From Octopus vulgaris (Eukaryota), in the NCBI GenBank assembly GCA_951406725.2, contig OX597817.1, positions 32,736,001 to 32,800,000 of the forward strand: a stretch of 64,000 bases of DNA. Direction: 5' to 3'. This document shows, piece by piece, positions 14,735 to 26,242 of the stretch. How positions within the stretch are numbered: position 1 is the first letter of the stretch; every line of letters starts with the position of its first letter. The translations under genes and the position numbers were made by a program. The notes under the pieces were generated by a model. That model saw only the letters and a list, made by a program, of their open reading frames with translations. It was not told the DNA's origin and made no database searches.

Positions 14735-15258
14735 AGCCTAAGCCAGGGGTGTAACAAGACCACTTATGCGTACCTTCCTTCATTGGACACTGCTTGCGAA
14801 GACCTGTTGAGGCAAGTGAAATCGGAATTGAAATCAAATTCGATGACTGGCATCTGTGCTAGTGGAGCACTAAGATCACCATCGGAGCATGATTGTTGCC
14901 AGAGTGGCTAACTGGTGCTCGTGCTGCTGGCACGTAAAAAGCACCATTCGAGCATGATTGTTACCAGCGTCGCCTTACTGGCACTTGTGCCGGCGTGCAG
15001 CTGACATGTAAAAAAAAAAACACGATTTTCCGTGACCGTTGCCAGTACCACCTGACTGGACCACGTGCCGGTGGCACGTAAAAGCACCCACTACACTCTA
15101 AGAGTGGTTGACGTCAGGAAGGGCATCCAGCTGTAGAAACTCTGCCAAATCAAGATTGGAGCCTGGTGCTGCCATCTGGTTCACTAGTCCTCAGTTAAAT
15201 CATCCAACCCATGCTAGTATGGAAAGCAGACATTAAATGATGATGATGATGATGATGA
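14735..15258 (+). mobile_element. Family C element
   Basis: Same modules and (GAT)n tail. Confidence 0.85.
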
Positions 15259-15907
15259 CCCAAGAGCCAGATGGACCCTAATTGAGAACCACTTCTCTTG
15301 ACCATTGTTTCCCAAAGAGGATTCCAAGTAAAAATTCTGGGGTTCTATATAAGTAAGGTAGCTCTTAATAAAATTTAATAAATTTTTGTATCTCAGGAGT
15401 GTTATTATGCCAATAATAAACACATGAACTGGTTCTGTATCACTTCTTTTATTAATCATTAATCAATTAGTTAATATTTCACACTTTAACTAATCAATTG
15501 TTTAATTAATCATTTGGTCAAACAATCAATCAGATTTGTCAAAGTTCTTTTGTTGCCATTAGTAACCTCATCAATGACATGCCCTTTTTTCCCCCCCCTA
15601 TTTTCAAAATATGCTATTATACATTTTATTTTTATACAGATACTTTCTCAAGAACAATTTTTGATTTATTCAATTTCTTATAAAAATTAGGGTTGCAGGG
15701 TTTTGTCTGTAAAATAGACTTATGGTCCCTGTGGTTTTTGGAAAATCATATAAAAGGTTCTGTTACAAAATAAGTTTGAGAGCAACTTCTCTAGGCCTTA
15801 TTTATTCCAGCATGTTATTGTTTTTCACTTTTGAGTATCAGAAATATGGAACCACGTCAGTCTTGACTTAAAGTAAAGGAGTACTGTACCTGTTGCTGCA
15901 CCAATAG

Positions 15908-16069
15908 CAATGACGTAGCTAGAGTGTAAGGGCTACTCTTGAATTTGCCCCATGCCCCTGGGATGCCCAAGCCTGCAGGTTTATACAGTGAACCCAAGGG
16001 TGTTGCCCCATTAAAAACATCACCCTGGGTTGTACTGAACCCCTTCCCTCTCTATTAGCTACACTATTG
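15908..16069. mobile_element. Decayed hAT-like MITE
   Basis: TIRs caatgacgtagcta / tagctacactattg, 8-bp flanks accaatag / accaatga, internal hairpin at 15986-16037. Confidence 0.6.
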
Positions 16070-16205
16070 ACCAATGAATTAGTTTCTTTGAATGTTTTTA
16101 GAAGTCATCATCCACTGTTTGACTTATTACATAATATATTCATTATCTATTATCAATGTTATTTGGTTACCATGGGTTTTCATCTCAATGCATTTATTCT
16201 TTTAG

Positions 16206-16333
16206 GATCTGGATATCATTTACTCTTACCTCCATGGAATGGAAGCATTATCCTTATCAAGAGAATCGGCATTGAAAGCTCTCTGCCGTACTGTCCGCTA
16301 TGAATACCACGATGCTAATGAAATCTTGTATTG
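16206..16333 (+). CDS. RAPGEF2: Internal coding exon of a Rap guanine nucleotide exchange factor 2/6 (PDZ-GEF) homolog; first cNMP-binding-like domain
   Basis: Acceptor atttattcttttag|GAT and donor TTG|gtaagt; 128 nt open in frame (42 codons + 2 nt) giving DLDIIYSYLHGMEALSLSRESALKALCRTVRYEYHDANEILY. This matches the vertebrate RAPGEF2 long-isoform N-terminus as I recall it (DLEIVYSYLHGMEALSNLREHQLRLMCETVRYERHEANEVLY). Neighbouring exons were not found in the window. Confidence 0.93.
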
Positions 16334-16450
16334 GTAAGTCATTATATTTATTTTGTCTTATATTTATTTTGTGAAAATATTGATTGCAAGGAATTCACAC
16401 TCTACTATTTAATTAATAATTTTGTGTAGAGATGCAGCACAGAATTCACC

Positions 16451-16497
16451 TGTCAGTGAACAGGTCGTGGTCTCAAAGCGACGAAAATATTTTGACA
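16451..16497 (+). ncRNA. Minimal hammerhead-like motif with G3:C8 swapped core
   Basis: TGTCA-GTGAACA-g-GTCG[tggtctcaaag]CGAC-GAAA-atat-TT-TGACA: stems I and II pair, and a palindromic tetranucleotide replaces stem III. Confidence 0.55.
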
Positions 16498-17796
16498 AAT
16501 TAAATTTAAATGTTGAAGTGAATCTAACGGTTTTTGTGCGTTTCTTAAATGGCTTATAAACACCTTCCACACTGCAATTGTTTTCGTTCCAGCACACGAT
16601 CTCAGATCAGGTCACTTGCTATGCAAGTACATCTCTGTAATTTTGTGTAGATTGTTGACTAAATAATGTATAGATATGTCTGTATGTTTGTGGCTGTGTG
16701 GTGAGAAGTTTGTTTCCCAACTACATGGTTTCAAGTTCAGTGTTCTTGCCTTGAGTTTGTGTAATAGTTGTAAATGAGCGTCACCATCATGCAACCAGTG
16801 TCTTCTATGAAAGCATGTCTGCTTGTGGGTAAATTTTAACTTTGATGGAAAAAGGTGGGGGTAGGTGACAAGACATGCATCTGGCAAATCCACTTCAACA
16901 AAATTGCGTATGTGTCATGGCACCTGAAATTTTTTGAAAAATATACCATTAAGTAAAACTACCATTAAGTAAAACTAAAATACAAAGATATGATTAAAAG
17001 GCTAATTAATCACCTATTTAAAATTGTTTTCTTTAATATCTTTTATATTTACAATTTTTAAACATTCCTTTGTATTGAATATATTTTATCAAAAATTCAA
17101 AAAATATCTATTTGTTTTCCATGGCTTTGGAATAAATAAATAATGTTATGTATGCTTAGTGAATCATGTGGCAGCTTGGAGAAATCATTTAATCTATATT
17201 CTTCAAAGATCTAATCATAATTCTTAAATTTCATTTCCCATTTGCAGCCATTTGCAAATTCTATTATCACCCATTCCTATCCACCATATGATTATATGTT
17301 TAAATGGAAATGTATGATACCAATATCTAATGGCAATATTTTTAGAAAGTTACTACAATAAATTCTAAATTGTTTCTTTTTATGAAAATATAATTTATAT
17401 TACAAGAATGACATATATTTGTTTCTTAATTTTGGAGAGAAATAATCTTTATTTTCTCATTCTTAATAGTTATGAAAATAAACAAAGATATCAAATATCA
17501 AATTGTCTCTTATTTAATTTAAATTAGCAAACAGGATATTATATATCAAATTCTGTTATTAAATTATCAAACATAGATTTCTGACTTTGGCAGAATGCTA
17601 CACATTTGTAGGAAAGATGTATACAGTCAACTGAATCAACCACTGATCATTACTGGTACTAAATTAATCATTCTCAACAGGATAAGCCAATAAGGGATCA
17701 TAGTTTGATATACCCAGCAGGTGTGTCACAATCCGAATTAATTTTCTTGTAACTTTCAGAAAAATAAATATTTTTTTTGTAATGAAATTTTCTACA

Positions 17797-18210
17797 AGTG
17801 CAGGAGTGACTGTGGGGTAAGTAGCTTGCTTACCAACCACATGGTTCCGGGTTCAGTCCCACTGTGTGGCACCTTGGACAGGTGTCTTCTACTAAAGCCT
17901 CGGGCTGACCAAAGCCTTGTGAGTGGATTTGGTAGACAGAAACTGAAAGAAGCCCGTTGTATATATGTATGTATATATATATATATGTATGTGTGTGTAT
18001 ATGTTTGTGTGTCTGTGTTTGTCCCTCTAGCATTGCTTGACAACCGATGCTGGTGTGTTTACGTCCCCGTAACTTAGCGGTTCGGCAAAAGAGACTGATA
18101 GAATAAGTACTGGGCTTACAAAGAACAAGCCCCGGGGTCGATTTGCTCGACTAAAGGCATTGCTCCAGCATGGCCGCAGTCAAATGACTGAAACAATTAA
18201 AAGAGTAAGT
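17797..18210 (+). mobile_element. SINE family A
   Basis: Full-length copy. Confidence 0.9.
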
Positions 18211-19415
18211 ATTTTTCAGATGGTGTAGAATAAGATTATATCAGAATTTAATGTGACAAAAATTTGGTGGGCATGCACATATGTATTACTGACACACATC
18301 ACATATATTTACAAAATGAAATCTGGAAGTTTTGAAAAATTATGCGATATGTGTCAGTATATTAATAGCTGTGCTGTAGCATGGCCTCAGCTCTTGAGCT
18401 GAAACTTGTAAAGAATAAAAAAGAACAAAAAACACCCAAGTGCACCCAGTAAATTTTATTTTCACATTAAATTTAGATTTAATCATAATCTGCACCATCT
18501 GAAAGGTATTTACAGAAAATTTCATTAAAAAATATCCATTTTTCTGAAAATAAGATATTTTATTTCATGCTGCTTCAGATCACTCAGCTGTAGAAATGAG
18601 TTGTGACATCACTGGTGCCAAGCTGTGTTGACCTTTGCCTTCTCCTTGGATAACATCCGTGGCTTGAAGCTGGGTGTGTGACTGGTATGCATGGGAGACT
18701 ACTGGTCTTCCATAAACAACCTTACCCAGACTTGTGCCTCAGAAGAGTAACTTTCTAGGTGCAATCCCATGGTCATTCATGACTGAAAGGGGGTCTTTAT
18801 GAGGAAACAAATTCCTTGTCTGCTTGATCAAAATTGACTCACAGCTAGACAATATCAACAACCAGCCGAGCTTCCTAAGGAATGAAACTATATAGTGCTA
18901 GGCGCTTAATTCATCATTGTACCATTTTTCTTATCCACCACCTCCCCAGCTTATCAAATATTAGACTATATATTCCTTCTTTGAAATATTCACATATTTC
19001 TTCACTAAGTCACCTTAACTCAAAGCCATGCTGTATACCTTTAATCTCTCAATTGGTATAAAGCCAACACCCTCAATACTACTACTCTCCTCTCCCAGTT
19101 GAGGAGTTTTTGCCTTCCTTTGTCTTACATGGTACTTGGTGACTCTGTCAGTGATAGTAATAAATAAAAGAAAAGCACTGGTGCGGGTGCAAGAAAAGCA
19201 CCTAGTACACTCTGCAAAGTACTTGGCATTAGGAAGGGCATTCAGCTATGGAAATAATGCCAAAACAATGAAGTCTGGTTTGAGCTCTCCTGCTTTGGTC
19301 AAACGTCCAACCCATGCCAGCTTGGAAAATGTTCGTTAAAGGATGATGATGATGATGATGATGACAATGGTGTGTGTGCAATCCCATCATCATTCATGAC
19401 TGAAAGGGGTCTTTA

Positions 19416-19778
19416 TAATAATAATAATAAAACATTGTGTACAGTGCTCAGGTGCACTACAACTCATCTAAAGTGTATGTATAGTACATAGGTTAATGTA
19501 CAAGCGTCAGGAAAACAACAGTGCATGAGTCATATGACATACACATATGTGTATGAGTATGGAAGGGGGACAATCAGGTGTAGTTTTGGCTGATTTCGGA
19601 AAGCATGAGAGCCTTAAAGGATGCAGTGTCATGGCAGTCAACAACTGACGCAGGCAGTTTGTTCCATGCTTCAGCAACTCTGAGCGTGAAAAAATGTTTC
19701 CGAAAGTCATGGGAGCTGTGCTGTTTTCTGACTTTGTAGGCATGTCCACGTGTGTTGGACACATGGAGATCAAAAAGG
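19416..19778 (-). mobile_element. CR1-clade LINE 3' end
   Basis: Same RVAEAWNKLP 3' module with a (TTA)n tail. Confidence 0.88.
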
Positions 19779-20419
19779 TGAGGAAACAAATTCAATATTG
19801 GGGGACACACTTGTGTAGATATGCCCATAGGTCTGCTTAAATCAAAATTGACTCACAGCTAGACAATATCAACAACCACCTGAGCTTCCTAAGGAATGAA
19901 ATTACATTGTGCTAGGGGCTTAATTCATCATTGTACCATTTTTCTTATCCACCACCTCCCAACTTATCAAATATTAAACTATATATTCCTTCTTTGAAAT
20001 ATTCACGTATTTCTTCATTAAATCTCCTTAACTCAAAGCCATGTTGTTACATTTCAACAAATGCAATTTATTGCATTTGCGAGTATTTTTATTACCCATA
20101 TGTTTAATCATTTGATATTTTAATGTATTAATGTATTATTTTGAAGAGTGAAATAGTTGTGGCCTTCCTTCTTGGGAGTACATAATCAGAAATTGATATT
20201 ATGAATTCAAAATTATTTTGAAAATTATTTTTATTTGAAGGAAAGCAAAAAAGTATAGAAACATATTACACACGCATTCACACACACACCACCACCACCA
20301 CCACCACCACCACCACCACCACCACCACCACCACCACCACCATCATCATCATCATTTAACCAGTGTTTTTCTATTTGTTACCATCACTGACAGAGTCTCC
20401 AAGTACCTTGTTAGACAAA

Positions 20420-20684
20420 TAATAAATAAAATGAATGTGCTCTTTTAAAGCCTAGCCAGGCTCATGGGCCCGGTTTCCCAGTTTCTATGGTGTATGTGTT
20501 CCCCAGCTGGATGGGACGCCAGTCCATCGCAGCGTTACTCATTTTTGCCAGCTGAGTGGACTGGAGCAACGTAAAATGAAGTGTTTTGCTCAAGAACACA
20601 ACGCGTCGCCCGGTCTAGGAATTGAAACCACAATCTTACGATCATGGTGCTGATACCCTAACCACTAAGCCACGTGCCTCCACA
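20420..20684 (-). mobile_element. tRNA-headed SINE with a 12-bp TSD
   Basis: ttgttagacaaa at 20408-20419 and 20685-20696; A/B-box-like head on the minus strand. Confidence 0.8.
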
Positions 20685-21380
20685 TTGTTAGACAAAGGAA
20701 GGCAAAAATTCCTCAACTGGGAGGAGAAAGTAGTAGTATTGAGGGTGTTGGCTTTGTACCAGTCAAGAGATTAAAGGTATAAATGGACAGAGATAGGTGG
20801 ATACCCCAGTTGGAAAAGAAAGGAGAGTGAGTTAGAGAGTAAGATAAGGAGAGCAGTAGTGAGAGTGATGATGGTCGACATCATCAGTTGTTGTGTTGGA
20901 ACATGTCTTCAAGGGACTTTAGGGGTGGTGAGAATAGGTGAGGTATTACAGAGGTTTGCACTGGATGAATGGGCAGGTTAGAGGTGGCTAACAAATGATG
21001 GAGAGAAACCTAGGAGAGGCTCAGGGGCAGGGGTTGCAACATGTGAGGTCATTGAGGGTGATATTAGATAAAAGAGCTATTAATGTTGGAGAACAGCACG
21101 GGGGTGGGACGAGAAGGCACAGAAAGGAAGTGATTGGTGGAAACAGTAGTCAGGGGAAGATAAGGGAGATAGCAGTGGTTTGGGGGTGGGGAAGAAAGGT
21201 AGCTGAGAAAGTAGGGGGTGGAGGATGTATGTGCCTATTCTGCTCTCAGGTGATAGAGAAGTGATGGATGTTAGGAGATGAAATTTGGAGCAGAGAGGAT
21301 GGGGTACAGGTGGGACAGTCTGTCATGGACTAGCATTATGAAGGTAGTTTTAGAATATCAAATCTACTGTGGTGGGCAGG

Positions 21381-22270
21381 TTTTCTTGAGTACAGTGAGG
21401 TGTCGGATATCTCAGTCCTTTGTCATCTCCTTAATAAGGCTCAATGTCTTGAGGATCAGCTATCATTACCTCATCCCATGTCTTCCTGGGTCATCCTCTT
21501 CCACAAGTTCTATCCACTTTAAATGATCAGCACTTCTTTATGCAACTGTTCTCATCCATGCACATCACACGACCAAACCAACACAGTCTTCTCACTTGTA
21601 CATTGCATCTAATTCCTCTTCTGCCTAACTTTTCTCTCAATACATTAGCACTATGTCACACATGTACACTGACATAGCACCTCCAGCAGAGCATACTGGC
21701 TTCATCCCTTTCTTGTCTTCACATGCCTTCTGCATTTACGGCCCATGTCTCACTACTTTGTAGCATTGCTGTTCATACACATGCATCATATAACCTTCCT
21801 TTTACTTGGAGAGAGAGAGAGAGATTTTGGTTGCCAACAGGTAAAAGCTCTGTGAACTTTCTCTGTCCTGTTCTTATTCTAGCAATTAGGCTCTTGGTGC
21901 ATCTCCTCCACTGCTAATTAGGTCATCTAGGTAGCAGAAATGATCCATTATCTCCAGAGAGCATTTGGGGCATTTGAGAAAATCAACTTTCCTGTATATC
22001 TGCAGACTTTATGGCTGCTGTACATCATCCACCTACAAGCACTTCTCTCTTCCGCTGCACCTATTTTATGTCCATATTTTGCACTGGAATTGAATTCCTG
22101 CCTACACCTCTCCTACATATTGAGCAGGACCATTGACCTGAAGTGGGTAGAGTCCTGTCTGTTTTCTTGCTTACTAGATCTTTCATTTTTGCTAAGTTTA
22201 CTTTAAGGCCATTTGCTTCCAGGTTTTGCATCCATATTTGGAATTTCTTTTCTAGTTCTGTTACAGATTT
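21381..22270 (-). mobile_element. Decayed RTE-clade LINE ORF2 C-terminal region
   Basis: ELEKKFQIWMQNLEANGLKVNLAK..WSCSICRRGVGRNSI (Cys-rich insert); multiple stops and frameshifts. Confidence 0.75.
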
Positions 22271-22361
22271 TGTTAAGCATACTAGTGTAAAACAAGGTAG
22301 AGAAAAAGTTTTCTTGAATATCAAAGAGTAAAATACTATATTATTGAAGCGGACAAAACTT

Positions 22362-22410
22362 CACAAACTGTTACTTTGAGTTTCATGTAACCATTCATCA
22401 GACACGTGTG
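22362..22410 (-). ncRNA. Type I hammerhead ribozyme motif with canonical core
   Basis: Minus strand reads caca-cg-tgt-CTGATGA-atg[gtta]cat-GAAA-ct[caa]ag-TA-aca-gtt-tgtg; same architecture as the copy at 24151. Confidence 0.78.
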
Positions 22411-22492
22411 AGAGTTTAGAATATATATGTACATTATATATTGTCCAACCCATGCCAGCATGGACAACGGACATTAAATGATGATGCTGATG

Positions 22493-22539
<47 letters not shown>

Positions 22540-22546
22540 AGATAGA

Positions 22547-22769
22547 TAAAGTTAGATATGGCCAATCTGTGTGGTTACCTTGGGTTTCACATGCATAAAG
22601 CACTTAGCTTTACAGCATATTATCAGACCCTACACCTGTTGGCCTATGGCCTCTGTAGTGAGAGATGCTTAAACCAACAGGTTTAGCGTCTGGTGATACG
22701 CTGTAAGGCTAAGCAATTTATGGACGTGAAACTCAGGGTAACCACATAGAATGGCCATATCTAATTTTA
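22547..22769. repeat. Imperfect palindrome with 96-bp arms and a 31-nt loop (MITE-like)
   Basis: Arms 22547-22642 and 22674-22769 align without gaps. Confidence 0.9.
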
Positions 22770-23112
22770 TATACTATACTGCTGTATTACTTAGTGTACT
22801 TCTTTTTCGGATTTATTATTTACCAACAATATATATTTATATATATATATATTTATATATATGCATATATCATCATCATCATCATTTAACGTCCGTTTTC
22901 CATGCTAGCATGGGTTGGACGTTTTTGACTGAGGGCTGACGAACCAGATGGCTGCACCAGGCTCCAATCTTGATCTGGCAGAGTTTCTACAGCTGGATGC
23001 CCTTCCTAACGCCAACCACTCCAAGAGTGTAGTGGGTGCTTTTTACGTGCCATCGGAACGGGGGCCAGTCAGGCGGTACTGGCAATGACCTCGGGTACTG
23101 GCAATATAGTAT

Positions 23113-24120
23113 GATCCTGATGTCTACAACTCTTTCCTGCAATCAGACCTGGACACAATGCAGCAATGGATCACAGACTGGCAACTGAAACTGGCTGTGG
23201 ACAAGTGTACCACCATGCATTTTGGGAGAAAAAGCCCTGCGTCCACATACTCCCTCTACAACACTGATATCAAGAAACCCTCTTGCGAGCGTGACCTAGG
23301 CATCACTGTCAGTTGTGATTTGCGTTGGACAAAGCATATCTCTAAAATTGTCAAGAAGGCCGAGGGTGTCTTGGCATCACTCAGCAAGACTTTTGTTAGC
23401 CGCTCTCCAGCCATCTATTTAAAACTGTATACAGCTATGGTACGACCACACTTGGAATTCGCATCATCAGTTTGGAACCCCTATCTTGCTCAGAACATTG
23501 ACCTCCTGGAATCTGTCCAGAGACGTGCAACCAAACGCATACCCTCCATCAGACACCTACCATATTCTGAGCACCTTGTTTCCCTGGGCATGGATTCACT
23601 GAAGCTCCGGCGTCTGGCGACGGACTTGGTGAACACCCACAAAGTTATCGGCCACCTCACCAACAACACTGAACACCCTTTTGATCTATAAATAAAATAC
23701 CAGTCAAGTAATTAAGTCGATGGTTTCGACTAACCAACCCCTCTCAAAACTGCAGACTTATGCCTAAATCACATAAGTATTTTACAATGATTGTACAATA
23801 AACAATATAAACAATATAACACCCACAAGGTTGTCAACCACCTCACCAATAACAACACTGAACACCTTTTTGATCTCCATGTGTCTAACACACGTGGACA
23901 TGCCTACAAAGTCAGAAAACAACACAGCTCCCATGACTTTCGGAAACATTTCTTCATACTCAGAGTTGCTGAAGCATGGAATAAACTACCTGCGTCAGTT
24001 GTTGACTGCCATGACACTGCATCCTTTAAGGCCCTCATGCTTTCCGAAATCCGTCGAAACTACACCTGATTATATATACACTTTAGATGAGTTGTAGTGC
24101 ACCTGAGCACTGTACACAAT
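23113..24120 (+). mobile_element. CR1-clade LINE ORF2 3' portion, interrupted at ~23688-23818
   Basis: LQSDLDTMQQWITDWQL..ERDLG..VRPHLEFASSVWNPY..VQRRATK..TRGH..RVAEAWNKLP; 3' UTR ends in (TTA)n. Confidence 0.9.
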
Positions 24121-24150
24121 TATTATTATTATTATTATTACATTATTTAT

Positions 24151-24198
24151 CACAACTGTCTGACGAACAAGAACGTGAAACTCTGAGTAACAGTTCTG
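24151..24198 (+). ncRNA. Type I hammerhead ribozyme motif with canonical core (Penelope-like repeat context)
   Basis: aactgt-CTGACGA-ac[aagaac]gt-GAAA-ct[ctg]ag-TA-acagtt: 6-bp stem I, intact core, GUA cleavage triplet, AATAAA about 20 nt downstream. Confidence 0.8.
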
Positions 24199-24519
24199 GA
24201 ATAATTTTGCTGCTTTAATAAAAAGTATGTGTGTGTGTGTGCATACATACACACACACACACACATACATATATATATACACACACACACTTCTCGCATG
24301 TGAATAATTATAATAGTGAGGAGCACCATTGTAAATTCGTAAAATTTCATTCAAGATTATGCTCGCTACCAAACTTATCACCAAAACACCACTTGTCTCT
24401 CAATCAAAAATACTTCACATCACGTCAAAAAACTTTTTGAATTTACCTACAGAAACTTATGTAGAGACACTTTTCGAAATATTCTATGTTGCATTTCCAC
24501 TACAGATGGTGATTATATA

Positions 24520-24813
24520 TAATGAAATTTTTGTATACAGTGCTCAGGTGCACCACAACTTGTCAGAAAGTGCATATAAAGTACATGCAGTAATGTACAA
24601 ATGTCTGGAAAGTGAACAATGCATGAGTCAGATACATGCTTGTGTGTGTATGGAGGGGAGAAAATCAGGTGTAGTGTTGGCGAATCTCAGAAAGCACGAA
24701 AGTTTTGAAGGATGCAGTGCTCCGACAACTAACAACTGATGCCGGCAGTTTGTTCCACGCTTCAGCAACTCTCGGCGTGAAAAAATGTTTCCTGAAGTCA
24801 TGGGAGCTGTGCT
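24520..24813 (-). mobile_element. CR1-clade LINE 3' end
   Basis: Reverse complement of the 7010-7300 module. Confidence 0.85.
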
Positions 24814-25830
24814 GTTACATTCCATTTGTTTCAATTAATTTTTTAAAACAGCACAGAACTTAGTAAAATAACTTTGTTGTTATTAAGTGGTGTTTGGAAT
24901 TTAAATTAACATAAAATTTTCATGGAAACTTTTGATTTAGATCACTTTAAAAAAAATAAAGATAATCTTTATCATACAATCAAGAGCACTCTCAGGTAGG
25001 ATGGTATCGAAAGTGTTAAAGTTAGCAAATAAGAATTCGTAAAAGAGCAGTGATAGGATTGCATCCTAATTAAATGACTTGCTGTTATTAAAAAGTTGGC
25101 TTCTTTTTTGTTTTTAATGTAAATTACACCATTGGTGTCCATTTTCCAGACAGTATTTAGACAGATGTATGAAATTGCAATTTTAGAGCTTTTTGTGTTT
25201 CTTGGTGGTTTTGTATTTTTTTAATTAGCCATATGAACAGATTCCTTATTTCATATCTTCTTTTAGCTTGCACATCATATATTGGCTAGTGGAGGCACAA
25301 TGGCCCAGTGGTTAGGGCAGCGGACTCGCGGTCATAGGATCGCGGTTTCGATTCCCAGACCGGGCGTTGTGAGTGTTTATTGAGCGAAAACACCTAAAAG
25401 CTCCTGAGGCGGATTTTCTTTATCTAGTTTATGTTTTATGTAGAAATTAATTTGTTGCTAAGCTTCTGATTTGTTCTGGAATGAAATAAAATTGATTTTA
25501 CGTTTTTCAATTTAGCAGAGCAATTTGAATTCTTGAAATATAATAGATAGATATAAGAAAGCCGAGCTGTTGTTTATGGTTTATCTAATTTAATAGATTG
25601 CATTCTCGCTGTTGATTGGTAGAAATTGAGATCTATTTTCATAGAATTTCAGGTCTATTATCAAAAAAGCTGCTGGGCGTTAATTCTCTCTCTTTCTCTC
25701 TCACACGTACACACCACCGCGCGCGCATCCCGATCTTCTTGGTTGGTGCCAGGGGAGACAACGACCTCTTGACTTCTGAAGGAATTAAAAAATGTAAATA
25801 TCTAATACACAGATAAATAATTAAATTTAT

Positions 25831-25894
<64 letters not shown>

Positions 25895-26242
25895 TGGGTT
25901 AGCAACCACACGGTTTCAGGTTCAGTTCCACTATGCAGTACTTTAAGCGGGATGGCTGACCTATGTCTTGTGAATGAGTCGGGTAGAAAGAAACTGGGGT
26001 GTGCGCGCGACGTTTGTTTTCCCCTCTCTCTACTTGATAACCGGTGTAGGTTTATTTACGCTCCTTTAACGCAGCAGCGTCGGGACTGGGGAACAAACCA
26101 GCAAAATAGGTACTGAATTCGATTTTATTGATTAAAAAACAAAAAGCCTTTGAGGCTGTCTCAACATGACCGTAGACCGAAGCTGTGGTAAAAAGAAAAT
26201 ACATACGTACGTACGTAGCGCCCAGTCGCTTGCCACTCTGGA

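Noticed and set aside
15986-16037. pre-miRNA-like hairpin upstream of the exon
   Set aside because: Only ~20 bp of stem, and explained as the internal palindrome of a hAT-like MITE with TIRs and TSD.
16067-16303. ORF-track 78-aa ORF over the exon
   Set aside because: Wrong frame; the RAPGEF2 peptide is in another frame bounded by splice sites.
25289-25370. tRNA-like sequence with A and B boxes
   Set aside because: The acceptor stem does not close and it continues into SINE body sequence repeated at 2747 and 6242; a SINE head, not a tRNA gene.
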